38,562 bases of DNA, taken from IMG/VR virus record IMGVR_UViG_3300044723_005851, positions 1 to 38,562 of that record; one strand, given 5' to 3'. Position numbers and translations under genes: made by a program. How positions within the stretch are numbered: the first letter of the stretch is position 1; the number at the start of each line of letters is the position of its first letter. The notes under the pieces are model-generated. The model ran no database searches. It worked only from the letters and a program-made list of their open reading frames with translations, and was not told the DNA's origin. The DNA comes from a virus (lineage: Duplodnaviria; Caudoviricetes). Of this stretch, positions 16,047 through 26,619 are shown one piece after another.

Positions 16047-19000
16047 TTATTTTTTTGTTTTACGGAATCGTTCTGAGTTTTTCATTTTCTTAAACTCTCT
16101 TTCTCTTCTCTCTATTTCCTTTTTGTATTGCTCTTCTTGTTTTTGAGCCTCACTCTTACCTGAAGACTTACCTGATTTTTCACCTGCGTGTCCTTCTATT
16201 ATGTAGTTAGAGTAATTTAATAGTCGCAAGATATCTTCACCAATATCTCCATCCTCTCCTAGTTTTTCCATATTCCCTAGAAACTTTTGTAATTGTACAG
16301 CAGGGATACCTGGAGTTGAAAGTAATTCAACTGTAAACTTCTCTAAAGCTTTTCGTTTCTTTACAGGGTCTTTGGTTTTATCATATCTCATGTAAAGATT
16401 TGAAAGCCTTTCCATTATCATTAAAGGTGCAACACTTTTAACTGACTGACCTGCCCATGCTTTATCTTGGATAATATCAGCTGTAATATTGATAGCCTCA
16501 CCCACAATAAACAAAGCATTTAAGTTTCCTATAATCATTGCTCTTAATAAATCATCTTTGTCTTCATCTCTTGTAGGTCTAAGAAGTAAAGGCATACCTA
16601 AAGAAACCCATTGGAAAACAAGAGGGGCAAACACATGATAGGTAAGTAAGGTTCTTACATTCTGTCCAAGAGTTCCTGCCCCTGCATTCTTATCCCAAGC
16701 TTTTATCTTTCTGTAAAGGTTTCTTGTAGCCTGAATTTCTTTTCTCAAATACTGCTTCGGAGTAGTTAAGAACATATTCAATCCTCTCTGTAAAGCTCCT
16801 GCTGTTTGATAGTAATCTTTATCTTGTATATCTGAAGACTGCTGCGTTCTCTTAGTATCTCTCTCAAACTTTATGATAGCTTCTTTCTTTGCTTCCTCCT
16901 CAGATAAGCCACGCTTTTTTGCTTGGTCTTTATAGTACAAGTAGTTAGGCATACCACCTAAATAAATAGCAGCCTTATCACCAAACTTAGTAGAGTACAT
17001 AATAAAGTTTACATAGTTATCCCAATACTTGTTAGGTACAAACTCTACCATACCATCTTCGGTATATGATTCTATTATTCTAGTGATTGAAGTCTTGTTT
17101 CTATCCTGCATATACACAGAATTTTCAGATATCTCTTTAAATGTCTTCCTGATTTCAGGTATGTTCTTTAAAGAATACTTCAACCAATTACGATAACCTA
17201 TATCGTTGGCGTATGTAATCATAGATGTCAACTGCTTAATCATAACCGTTGGGTTAAGACCAATCTTAGAAAGAACAAAGAAATTATTGAAGGTATTAAT
17301 CAATTTATCTGCTCTTGTAGTAGATACTCCTTTGGTAGCAATATTTTCTAAGACATTCTTAATCAATCTATTTACATAGTCACCATGGATAGCTGCAATA
17401 GAATCTTTAATCTGCTTGTTATTGAACAATTTGTTTAAGTCACGAACAACCTCTGCGTATGCTCTGAAGTATTCCATATCTCTAAGATATGTACTCATTA
17501 CATTCATGTTGTTCATAGCCTTAATAGGCTTCTGACTACCCTGCCTAGCCTTTGTTGATGCAGCTCCAACTGCTGTTTGGTATACCGATTGATTGTCAAG
17601 AAGATTTAATGTGTCAGTCTCCACTCCATCTCTATATACCATACCTGCATAGAACTCATTCCATGGCATATTGGTTCTGTATATCTTTCTATAAACCTCA
17701 TTGTACCTCTCATATAGAGCAGGGTACATAACATCTACCTGCCAATCAGCAAACTCTTTTAACTTAGGGTCAAGCTGTTTTTCTATGTTTTCCATTACCT
17801 CTACATAATTTTCACCAAATGTATTACGGAATGAACCTCTTAACATTGGGTCTTTATATAGATTGTAGTAGTAAGCCATTTGATTCTGATTAAGGTATGT
17901 ATAGTTTTGAGCTATGATTGTTCTATACTCTTTCTCTGTAATCCTTCCTGCTTCAAAATCAGCTTCAGCTTTAGCCACCTGCTCCTTGTCTAATATATAT
18001 GTAGGCTCTCCTTTTCTGTTTATCTGATTGTTTTCCCTTACAGCATCTCTCCACTTCTTACCATATATTCTTTCAAGCTCTTCTCTTACTATTCTCTCCT
18101 GCATCATCATCCCTTCCTTGTATCGTCTTGATGCTGTATCCACTAAGTTGGTTACTATCTCTTGAAGTTTACCACCAAACATTTCGGCAGGTAGCTTTGA
18201 TATTAAATCCATTAAACCATCTAGAGCTTCAGCTTCATTAAAGAATTTTTTAGCTCTTATAGATATTGTGTTCAGGGTTTTACGAAGTACATTCTTTAGT
18301 CTGTTCTTCTTTTGATTAAGAATTTTCTGATTAGCTAAGTCTACCTTTGCTTTACCCTCCTGAGTAGAGATAGTTTGCTTAACCCCTGTGATTACTTCAA
18401 TAGCTGTGTCAGCTAAATCTTTGTAGTAAGCCGATTGTTCAGCTAACTCCTCTCTCAACTCTGTCCTACCAAGGTCTATTAAATCTTTTAGATTGTTATT
18501 AATAAAGTCAAGCTGCTCAAGTTTAAATACATCATCTTTACTGAGCAAGCTTTCGTTGTATTGAAGAGCAATCTCCAAGTCTGTCATCAAGTCTAGCTCT
18601 GCATCTGTAGGGTCTACAATCTGCTGTAATTTATTAAGCCTCTCTTGAATAGCTAAGTTGGTTTTAGCAATCCTTTCTATTAAAGATTTATCTACGGTTT
18701 CGTTAAAGATAGCTTGGTTCTCTGAAGTCAAGTCTGTAAATGTCCTCTTGCTCAAAGGCTTTCCTTGAGAACTTTTTTTGTAATCCGAATCTTTTGTGAA
18801 CTGAGTTCTTACTCTATTATTTCTTTCTTGCTGATTAAGTTTCTTGTCAACTATAATCAAGTTCTTGATAGTATCAATCCTATCTTTTACATAGGCACTA
18901 ACTATCTTACCCTTTACTCTTCCACTTTGAGTAGTTGTATAGTTTGTTCCTATTAATCTTTTGATATTGTTATCAAGCTTGGCAAGATTCTTTTCTAAAA

Positions 19001-22000
19001 TAAATCTTTCAATCCTTCTTATAACATCTTCTATCTCTGTGGTCTTTACACCATCGACCTCGATATTTTTGTACGAGGCTCTGTTAAGCTCATTAATAAG
19101 TTTTATAACCTCATTCTTTTGGTAAAGGTCTTTTGGTAAACTTCTTCTGATAAAGTTTCTTACAAAAGTTTTTGCCTTTTGAAGTTCTTTAGAACCACGC
19201 TTTCTTTCTTTTAATATAGCTCTAGCCTCTCTTATTTTTCGTGCTATAAACTCAGTAGGTCTAGTACCCATAGTTTGCTGAAACTCAGCTAGCATAGCAG
19301 CTTGCTGTGTAGAAAGATATTTTCTTTTCTTTACTACCTGAGTTCCTTCCTTCTTATTGCCTACGGTGTATGTTTCAGCTTCAGCTTGATACTCAGGCTG
19401 TTGCTCTAAAAACTCTATTGTCTTATCAGCAATTTGAGCTTCTGTTAGTTTAACCTTTTTCCTTTTGTTTTTCTTTACAAGGCTTTGCTCATAGTCTTTA
19501 ACTCTAGCATATAGTTTAGCACCAACCTTTACACCACCTTTTACATTTCTGAAACTCCTTGGAAGAACATTGAAAAGGTCTGCATTTATAGACATCATAT
19601 CCCTAACCATCTTAGGGGCATACTTTAATACATTAACTAGGAAGTCTTCGATAACAGAATCTCTAAAGTTACCTTCTCTACCTTCGATAATTAAATCTGC
19701 AATCTCCTTTTGCTGTCTACCTCTAGCTGTAAACTCATAGTCTTGAGGAGGAAGCTCCTGTAACTTCATTCCAAGCATTCTAGCTACATCAGCTTTTAGT
19801 TTTGGCTCTACCTCTTTTAGTATGTCTTGATTATTCTCTTTGAATATAGTCTTGTTTGTAGTAGTAAGATGAGTATATGTCCTTTCCTCAAAAGGTATGC
19901 TTCTAAATTCAGAGGCATAGTCAAGGTCTCTAGGGAACATCTCTTGCACCATACCTGCAACAGCCTCTTCTGTTATCTTTGTCTCGTCTATTTTTGTCTG
20001 AGGAGCAGCAAATGGCAAGAAGTTTTCTTGTATCTCATACAGACCATCGAATATATAGCTACCCTCCGAAGGATACCTACCCTTAAACTGAGGATGGGTA
20101 TACCCTTTGCTCTGTATTTCTGACATTATCTGTTCAGGATTTTCTTCAATGGTCATAATGAAACCACCTACGATATATCCACCTGTATCTTTTAGCTTAG
20201 ATTTGTCTCTACCTAATAAATTTTCTTTCCCCAAAAGCTTTACATCACCAAACTCCTTTAAGAACTCTTCTATAGTTATGTTTGAATCTTTAAACTTTTG
20301 CTTTATGATAGGAGTATTTTTATTAGTAAGAACTAAATTTGTACTAGGAATTAATCCTTTTAATAATTCTCTTCTGATAGGGAAGTTAGTAACCTCAACC
20401 CATCGCTCTGCCCATTGCTCTTCAGTCATAGAAGCAGGGTCATCAAAAAGAGATGTCATATCTTCTTTATTATACTCAGTACTCTCTTCAAACCTAGCTT
20501 TCATAGCCTTTCTTACACTAGCTTTGCTCTCAGTGTAGGCAACAAGGCTATCTACAAGCTCCTTATATTCGTTAGGAGATTCTTTTTGAAACTGAGCCAA
20601 CGCTCGGTATAAGTATTTACCACCATAAAGATTTCCTATAGTAGCCGAAGGGTCTTGAACCATTATCAAGATACCAACCTTACTACCAATAGCGTATTCA
20701 TTTGTAGCTTTTTTATAAACAGAAAGAGCATCTCCCTCGCTTGTAGATGCAAAGCCTACCCTGTCTCTTATGTTCTTTCCAATAGCTAAATATCCAAATC
20801 CTCCATCAACTCTATTGCCAAACCTGTCATACCCCACCTTGGTAGCATCGGATGTTACTGCATATAGCTGACCATTAACCATATTGCTAAACTCTGTCAA
20901 GGTAGTTTCCTCTAGGTTTTCTGCAAAGTCTACATCTTGATAGATTATTTTACTCTGCCTACCTCTAACTCTTCTTGGTGTGGTGTTCTCAGGATTTATT
21001 TGTAATGGAACACTAGCAGAAGAGTAAGGAGTAGAATCTAGCATTATCACATCTTCTTTTGTGACTACCTCTCCTGTCTTTATTTTTCTAGATAAAGTAT
21101 TTAATAGGTCAATTACATCAGCATCTTTCTGACCAAATGCCTGACCAAGGTCTATGTTAAATTTAGCTGCAATTTCCTTGATGAAATTAACAATTTTGTT
21201 TTGCGTAGGTTTTTTTAAGCCATCATATTCAGATGACAACATACCAAATAATTCTGAAAGTCCTTCCTCTTGTGCAATAAGGTCTCCCTTGTCTTGGTTT
21301 GCTTCAACGAATTGCTGCATTCTAAGCTTCATGATATTGTCTTTAGGCAAAACCTTTTCGACAGACCTAACCATGTCTAATACGCTTTTCCCTGTAGCTT
21401 CTTCTCCTAGCTTATTGTATAGTACAGCATGAAATACCTCATGACCTACCGTAGTGGCAGTGGCTTTCTCTAAGTTTATGTGTACCTCGTTAGTATCAAA
21501 GTTAAAGAAACCCCTACCTTCAGGATTATTCTCATTAAAGCTTTCGCTTGTTTCGTGTAGTATTATTTTTGTATCAGGCAAGATGTTCTGCACAGCATTC
21601 GCAGCATTGGAAGCAAACCTTACGACCTTACCCCTCATAGCTTTTGTGTTAGGTGTTTCAGCCTCTTGTCTCTTCCCTTTTCTGCTAAAGAAAATATTTT
21701 GCGTAGGTCTAGTTTCTGTAGTTTCTTCTCCAAAGAACTCAGCAATGTCTGATTTTTCTTCCTCAGTTGGAGCCACCTGACCTTCTTCCGTTTCAGCTAT
21801 TGGCTTTACTTTGGTATCACCTAATTCAGGGATAGCAGCTTCGGCTTCTCTTGTTAGCTGACCTTCTTCAATAGCTAGTGCTTCCATTCTTGATACCTGC
21901 GAATCAATCTCCTTTATTCTATCTCTCTTTCTCTTTGATAGCTGTTCATTTTTACCATCAATCTGTTCTTCTAATATTTGTTTTTCTAACAATAATGATA

Positions 22001-24665
22001 ATGCTTTCTTCTTTGTTTCCGTAGGAGTATCCTCAAGCAACTGACTCATCACGCCTTGAACTTGGTTTAGTTTCTTTAAAGCTTCAGCACCCTCTTCATC
22101 AGTCATTTCTCCTGAGTTGATTTTATTTTTTATCTGAGTAGTATACAAATTTTTGTATGTATCATCCTTAGACATTTTTTCAAACAAATCAAATATATCA
22201 TTGTCGATGGTTGCTAACTTACCACTATAAGCAGCATTTGTAACAGCAGGTATCTGCCCTAAAACAAACCCACCTATAAGCTCCTGCCCGCCTGCATATA
22301 AGGATTGACCTAGCCACCCTAACCAAGTGTCAGGTTGCTTGAACATCTCCTTACTCTTAGCTTGATTGTATAACTCTTTAAGTGTCATTGTACTAAGCTC
22401 TTGAGCAAAGCCTGTTTCAAACTCTGCTGCCCCTGCTCCTAAAAGAGTTAATCCATATCTAGCCACTAAATTATCCACATCTTGTCTAATGAAATCTCCA
22501 AACTCTTTTGCTGTAGTCTTGGAAGTAGATTTACTGAAAGCTCTACCTAGTATACCATTGAACAATCCTTTTTGTCTTACTATATTTCTGAGACCTAAAT
22601 TCTCTAATGTTGCAACAGCTATAGACACAGGAGCTTTCAACATATATTTTTCACTCTCTGAGACACCATCAAAATCAGGGTTAGCTCTCATCTCTTCGTC
22701 AAGCATATCGCTTGTTTGAGCCATCAAATATGCTATCCTAGTTGTGTTACCTAGAGTACCTCCTCCTGTAAGTATTGCAGGGATAGATTCAAATGCTCCA
22801 ATAACAGCTCCTTTTACATAATCTTCTTTTTGAAGCTGAATATACTGCTCAGTAACATCCTTCATGTTTCCAAAGTTAGAAAGTGTACCTGTGATGGCAT
22901 CTATCATACCTGCCTCTTCAGCTATCATTTGAGTAGTTTCCGAAAAAGGAGATACAGGCTTACGCATTGAGCCTGTTTCTATATACCTTTCAATACTAGG
23001 TCTAAACTTTTCTTCTTCAGTCTGATAGTATTTAACATACTTCTTCATTCCATCTTTTATGAAGTTGCTAGATACTATACCCAACCCCTTATCAGGTATA
23101 TCTTCCTCGGTGTACCCCTCCTTTATACTTGTCATCGTACCCTTCTTCCCTGTGCCTTTAACTTTTATCTCATTCAACAATGCCTTTGTTGCATCATGGT
23201 TAAAAGACTTTAGATAGGTTTTCAAAAACTTAGCATCTTCATCAGAAATATCTCCTGATAAAACAATCTCCTTAAATTTTTTGCCTTGCTCTACCCTCTC
23301 TGTACCAACATCAAAAAAGGATAGCCTAGAATCTGCCATTCCTTCTGCATCAAATTTTTCAGGATTTTCTTTTAATTCTTTTACAGCATAATCAACCATA
23401 AGGTCAGCAAAAGACTCCTTGTTTTCCCCTGTCATCATTTCCATAGCCATTGGAAACTCTATAGGAAGATTAGATGTGGAGCTTTGTAGCATAAAATCAC
23501 TAAGACCTCCGAAAAAAGATTTGGCAATTTTTTCATAGCCTGTACCTAATGATTTACCAAAAACACCTAACCCAAATTTACCTTGCTTTTCCTTCATCAT
23601 CGTATACTCTCCTGCTGCTCGGTCAAGCTGTCCACCTAGGCTTTTCAAGTCTTGCTCTTTATTAGATAATTCTAAAGCCTCCTTTTCAAGGGAAAGTTTT
23701 TCAGCCTCCAATGTTTTGCCTAAGTCAGGAAATTTATTTTTTTCTTCCTGAGACATATTTTTAAAAGCATCGTACTGAGTTCGGTAGTTGTTTATCCTAC
23801 TTGCTAGGTCTACATAGTTTTTTCTGTATATCTCTGTTTGTCTGTTGAATACTTTAATGGTATTTTGTAGGTCTTCATCATCTTTTATTTGCCTTTCTTT
23901 TTCAGCAAGCTTATCAGCACCTATTAATACATTATTTATCTCTTCACTTTGAGTCTTGTTCTCCCTTAAAAATTTCTTTAGCTTCTCAGCTTCCCTGTTA
24001 TTTAGACCAAAATCGACATACCCATACATTGTTGGTATCCCTTTCATTCGGTCTAGATTTATTCTTTTGGACTCTCCATTGAGTGCTTCCACTACCATGG
24101 CATCTCCCATGCCTGCTTGCCTAAAGGAAAAGCCATAGTCTCCAAACCTCATATTGAGTTCAGGAACAACATTCTCCTCTGACTTTTCCATCATCGGAGC
24201 ATCTACATAATTTTTTATTCTGTCCTCAAAAATATCATCGGGTCTTTTGGAGGATAGTATAGTTCCATAGAAAGGGTCTTCCTCTCTAAGCTGAAGTTCT
24301 GCTTGAGCATCCAATACTTCTTGCTCTGTAGGTGGAGCTTGTTGTGTGTCAATCTCAGGTTTAGGAGCTAATGAATCCGAAGTAATAGGTTCTCCCTGAA
24401 TTGGTTCTGTAGGAGAAACCATAGTAGCCACCTCCCCAACGGATACAGCCTCGTCTTGACTTTTTTTTTGAATGATAGTATCTGTAAACCCTATATCTTT
24501 TTTGAGAGTTTCAATGTCAGGCATACTATAATGCTTAGACATACTTTGTCTAAACTCATCAAGAGTATTAGCATTCTGCATATCTTTTACAAACTGCTCA
24601 AAAGAAGGCATAGAAAAATGTTTCTGTGCCGATTGGTATAGCTGTCTTAACACTTCTTCATTCAT
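16047..24665 (-). CDS. Giant internal virion (ejection) / polyvalent protein with zincin-like metallopeptidase domain, 2872 aa
   Basis: Last large gene of virion module; G.F...N...INL.....TVGHEVFHA...EE motif; Gly/Ala hydrophobic helices at E..T...QE region and near C-terminus. Confidence 0.78.
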   Translation of the reverse strand: MNEEVLRQLYQSAQKHFSMPSFEQFVKDMQNANTLDEFRQSMSKHYSMPDIETLKKDIGFTDTIIQKKSQDEAVSVGEVATMVSPTEPIQGEPITSDSLAPKPEIDTQQAPPTEQEVLDAQAELQLREEDPFYGTILSSKRPDDIFEDRIKNYVDAPMMEKSEENVVPELNMRFGDYGFSFRQAGMGDAMVVEALNGESKRINLDRMKGIPTMYGYVDFGLNNREAEKLKKFLRENKTQSEEINNVLIGADKLAEKERQIKDDEDLQNTIKVFNRQTEIYRKNYVDLASRINNYRTQYDAFKNMSQEEKNKFPDLGKTLEAEKLSLEKEALELSNKEQDLKSLGGQLDRAAGEYTMMKEKQGKFGLGVFGKSLGTGYEKIAKSFFGGLSDFMLQSSTSNLPIEFPMAMEMMTGENKESFADLMVDYAVKELKENPEKFDAEGMADSRLSFFDVGTERVEQGKKFKEIVLSGDISDEDAKFLKTYLKSFNHDATKALLNEIKVKGTGKKGTMTSIKEGYTEEDIPDKGLGIVSSNFIKDGMKKYVKYYQTEEEKFRPSIERYIETGSMRKPVSPFSETTQMIAEEAGMIDAITGTLSNFGNMKDVTEQYIQLQKEDYVKGAVIGAFESIPAILTGGGTLGNTTRIAYLMAQTSDMLDEEMRANPDFDGVSESEKYMLKAPVSIAVATLENLGLRNIVRQKGLFNGILGRAFSKSTSKTTAKEFGDFIRQDVDNLVARYGLTLLGAGAAEFETGFAQELSTMTLKELYNQAKSKEMFKQPDTWLGWLGQSLYAGGQELIGGFVLGQIPAVTNAAYSGKLATIDNDIFDLFEKMSKDDTYKNLYTTQIKNKINSGEMTDEEGAEALKKLNQVQGVMSQLLEDTPTETKKKALSLLLEKQILEEQIDGKNEQLSKRKRDRIKEIDSQVSRMEALAIEEGQLTREAEAAIPELGDTKVKPIAETEEGQVAPTEEEKSDIAEFFGEETTETRPTQNIFFSRKGKRQEAETPNTKAMRGKVVRFASNAANAVQNILPDTKIILHETSESFNENNPEGRGFFNFDTNEVHINLEKATATTVGHEVFHAVLYNKLGEEATGKSVLDMVRSVEKVLPKDNIMKLRMQQFVEANQDKGDLIAQEEGLSELFGMLSSEYDGLKKPTQNKIVNFIKEIAAKFNIDLGQAFGQKDADVIDLLNTLSRKIKTGEVVTKEDVIMLDSTPYSSASVPLQINPENTTPRRVRGRQSKIIYQDVDFAENLEETTLTEFSNMVNGQLYAVTSDATKVGYDRFGNRVDGGFGYLAIGKNIRDRVGFASTSEGDALSVYKKATNEYAIGSKVGILIMVQDPSATIGNLYGGKYLYRALAQFQKESPNEYKELVDSLVAYTESKASVRKAMKARFEESTEYNKEDMTSLFDDPASMTEEQWAERWVEVTNFPIRRELLKGLIPSTNLVLTNKNTPIIKQKFKDSNITIEEFLKEFGDVKLLGKENLLGRDKSKLKDTGGYIVGGFIMTIEENPEQIMSEIQSKGYTHPQFKGRYPSEGSYIFDGLYEIQENFLPFAAPQTKIDETKITEEAVAGMVQEMFPRDLDYASEFRSIPFEERTYTHLTTTNKTIFKENNQDILKEVEPKLKADVARMLGMKLQELPPQDYEFTARGRQQKEIADLIIEGREGNFRDSVIEDFLVNVLKYAPKMVRDMMSINADLFNVLPRSFRNVKGGVKVGAKLYARVKDYEQSLVKKNKRKKVKLTEAQIADKTIEFLEQQPEYQAEAETYTVGNKKEGTQVVKKRKYLSTQQAAMLAEFQQTMGTRPTEFIARKIREARAILKERKRGSKELQKAKTFVRNFIRRSLPKDLYQKNEVIKLINELNRASYKNIEVDGVKTTEIEDVIRRIERFILEKNLAKLDNNIKRLIGTNYTTTQSGRVKGKIVSAYVKDRIDTIKNLIIVDKKLNQQERNNRVRTQFTKDSDYKKSSQGKPLSKRTFTDLTSENQAIFNETVDKSLIERIAKTNLAIQERLNKLQQIVDPTDAELDLMTDLEIALQYNESLLSKDDVFKLEQLDFINNNLKDLIDLGRTELREELAEQSAYYKDLADTAIEVITGVKQTISTQEGKAKVDLANQKILNQKKNRLKNVLRKTLNTISIRAKKFFNEAEALDGLMDLISKLPAEMFGGKLQEIVTNLVDTASRRYKEGMMMQERIVREELERIYGKKWRDAVRENNQINRKGEPTYILDKEQVAKAEADFEAGRITEKEYRTIIAQNYTYLNQNQMAYYYNLYKDPMLRGSFRNTFGENYVEVMENIEKQLDPKLKEFADWQVDVMYPALYERYNEVYRKIYRTNMPWNEFYAGMVYRDGVETDTLNLLDNQSVYQTAVGAASTKARQGSQKPIKAMNNMNVMSTYLRDMEYFRAYAEVVRDLNKLFNNKQIKDSIAAIHGDYVNRLIKNVLENIATKGVSTTRADKLINTFNNFFVLSKIGLNPTVMIKQLTSMITYANDIGYRNWLKYSLKNIPEIRKTFKEISENSVYMQDRNKTSITRIIESYTEDGMVEFVPNKYWDNYVNFIMYSTKFGDKAAIYLGGMPNYLYYKDQAKKRGLSEEEAKKEAIIKFERDTKRTQQSSDIQDKDYYQTAGALQRGLNMFLTTPKQYLRKEIQATRNLYRKIKAWDKNAGAGTLGQNVRTLLTYHVFAPLVFQWVSLGMPLLLRPTRDEDKDDLLRAMIIGNLNALFIVGEAINITADIIQDKAWAGQSVKSVAPLMIMERLSNLYMRYDKTKDPVKKRKALEKFTVELLSTPGIPAVQLQKFLGNMEKLGEDGDIGEDILRLLNYSNYIIEGHAGEKSGKSSGKSEAQKQEEQYKKEIERREREFKKMKNSERFRKTKK

Positions 24666-24693
24666 ACTATAATGTATTTTTATTTTTAGTCAT

Positions 24694-26607
24694 TTACCCT
24701 CCTGTGCTATAAGCATTAGGTTTATTATCCCCTGCATATGCAGGTACAGGTGAAACCTGATTTGATTGTAGTAATATAGAGTATATCTCTTCAAACTTAT
24801 TAGCAGGTATCACACCTTTGATAAAGTCTATAGCATCTCGTGCAGCTAACTTAGCCTCATTAACACCTTGGTTTGTCTTCAATGTTATCTCTTCGGCATC
24901 TGTTCCTGTTCCGTATTTAAGTCTAGCTTTATTACCCATCCTTGCGTTCTCTCCGTAGTCTACCTCTATACCATACTTTGCAAGAGTAGCCTTCAATGAA
25001 GGGATAGCGTTTTGGTCTTTTTCTTCAAACAACGAAGCTAGTGTTGAGCTTTGTTTATCTAAGTTCGCAAACACCTCGCTCTTCTTAAATTCTACTTCCT
25101 GAGTTGGTGATAAAGGAACTTCTACTTTTGCCCCTGTTCCTATCTCTGTACTCAAAGGTTTTAATACTCGGTCACCTATATTTGCAGTTGCATATAGGTC
25201 AGGATATTGAGCTTTCATAGCTTCTGTCAATGTAGTATATCCAAACTGCTGAGTACCTACAAGGTCTAATATCTTATTGACATTATTTTCTCCAACTAAT
25301 CTTCCTCCTACACTTCTAAAGTAATCTTCTCTAGTCATTGGTTTGAAGGTTTCGCCTTCAGTTGTACCAAATCTTAAAAATTCTCTATTGCCTTGCATAT
25401 CTATAATCTCTACTCCCTCCTTTTGTCTAGTCACACTCTGCGCCCCTGTTATGTTTTTAACATACTCTTCAAATGCTGCCACCTGTTGAGCATTACCTGA
25501 CCACCCATACTCTAGAATGGTGGCTGCCCTATTAAAGTCAATCTTAGAAGTAGGGTCTTTACCATAATTAGGTGGGAAAGGAGTTCTGTCTAGCTTAGTA
25601 ACTTTTTCTTCCACATCTATAGATGCTCTAAGTTGTAGCCTTATAACCTGTGCTATCTCATCATCTTGGTCTGAAGTAAACTCAGGACTTCCTTCATTGG
25701 CTCTGTTCTTAAATATTGTCTTATCATCTACATCACCTTCATTGTATGTAAATGTCATACCTAAAAACTCAGAAGCGATAGAAGCTTTTGTGTGTGGGTT
25801 CGACATAATAGATTCAACTGTCTTGTCTTCCCAATCTATATATCCACCAACAGCAGCTTTACCTTTATCAGAAAGCATATTATATTCTCCTGCCTTTTTA
25901 TCTTTTAAGGTGATAATTTTATTAAGACCTCCGTATTTATTTGTTTCAGTAAGGTCAGCTTTAGTAACTTGTCCTAGTCTATCAGTGGCTTTCTTAGCTT
26001 CCTCCCCTAGGTTATAATTGTCATATATCCTACCCATGAAGAACTTTAACTCTGCTGCACTAAGAGTTTCGCCTGCCGATATAGTTCCATCTTCATTTAC
26101 TATCTTCTTTGCTAAGTTAAACTGCCCTGTCATGTCATCTAATATAGGCATACTTGTACCGAACTTAGCTAACCCCTCTATCTGCTCTGCCTCCCATCTC
26201 GATTCACCTGATACATCACCTTCTTGTAGCTTAGTAAAGTAATCCTCCATAGAGTCTCTCAAGGTAATTAAATCATCGGTGCTTGTTTTTACATTATTTT
26301 TAAAGGTAGCATATTCTTTCTGAGTAACTAAACCATTTTTAAAAGCCTTATACTGCAAAGTGGTAAGAGATTCTACTTGTTCAGCAACAGATGCCATAAA
26401 CTCATTACCCTGCTGAAAGTTTCCTCTCGGTTGGCTATTGACTTTATCAATAATCGCATTGGTAGAATCATCAATTTCTTTTAATAAGTCATCTCTTCTC
26501 TTTAGTTCTTCATCGACTTTCTTATTGAAGTTTGCACCAACCTCTGCCCAATTCACATATGTGATTGGAGTAGTCTTTTCAAAACCTATATATGTTCCCT
26601 TTGCCAT
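24694..26607 (-). CDS. Putative internal virion (ejection) protein, 637 aa
   Basis: Position between small and giant ejection genes; helical, Cys-free. Confidence 0.6.
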   Translation of the reverse strand: MAKGTYIGFEKTTPITYVNWAEVGANFNKKVDEELKRRDDLLKEIDDSTNAIIDKVNSQPRGNFQQGNEFMASVAEQVESLTTLQYKAFKNGLVTQKEYATFKNNVKTSTDDLITLRDSMEDYFTKLQEGDVSGESRWEAEQIEGLAKFGTSMPILDDMTGQFNLAKKIVNEDGTISAGETLSAAELKFFMGRIYDNYNLGEEAKKATDRLGQVTKADLTETNKYGGLNKIITLKDKKAGEYNMLSDKGKAAVGGYIDWEDKTVESIMSNPHTKASIASEFLGMTFTYNEGDVDDKTIFKNRANEGSPEFTSDQDDEIAQVIRLQLRASIDVEEKVTKLDRTPFPPNYGKDPTSKIDFNRAATILEYGWSGNAQQVAAFEEYVKNITGAQSVTRQKEGVEIIDMQGNREFLRFGTTEGETFKPMTREDYFRSVGGRLVGENNVNKILDLVGTQQFGYTTLTEAMKAQYPDLYATANIGDRVLKPLSTEIGTGAKVEVPLSPTQEVEFKKSEVFANLDKQSSTLASLFEEKDQNAIPSLKATLAKYGIEVDYGENARMGNKARLKYGTGTDAEEITLKTNQGVNEAKLAARDAIDFIKGVIPANKFEEIYSILLQSNQVSPVPAYAGDNKPNAYSTGG

Positions 26608-26619
26608 AATGTATTATTA

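Noticed and set aside
15882-16076. 64-aa + strand ORF as the product of the 15773 promoter
   Set aside because: It starts inside the terminator stem and is the antisense shadow of the 48-aa Lys-rich gene
22662-22676. DFDGV in the giant protein as an RNA polymerase DxDxD catalytic motif
   Set aside because: Third Asp is missing and the context is helical/hydrophobic, not double-psi barrel-like
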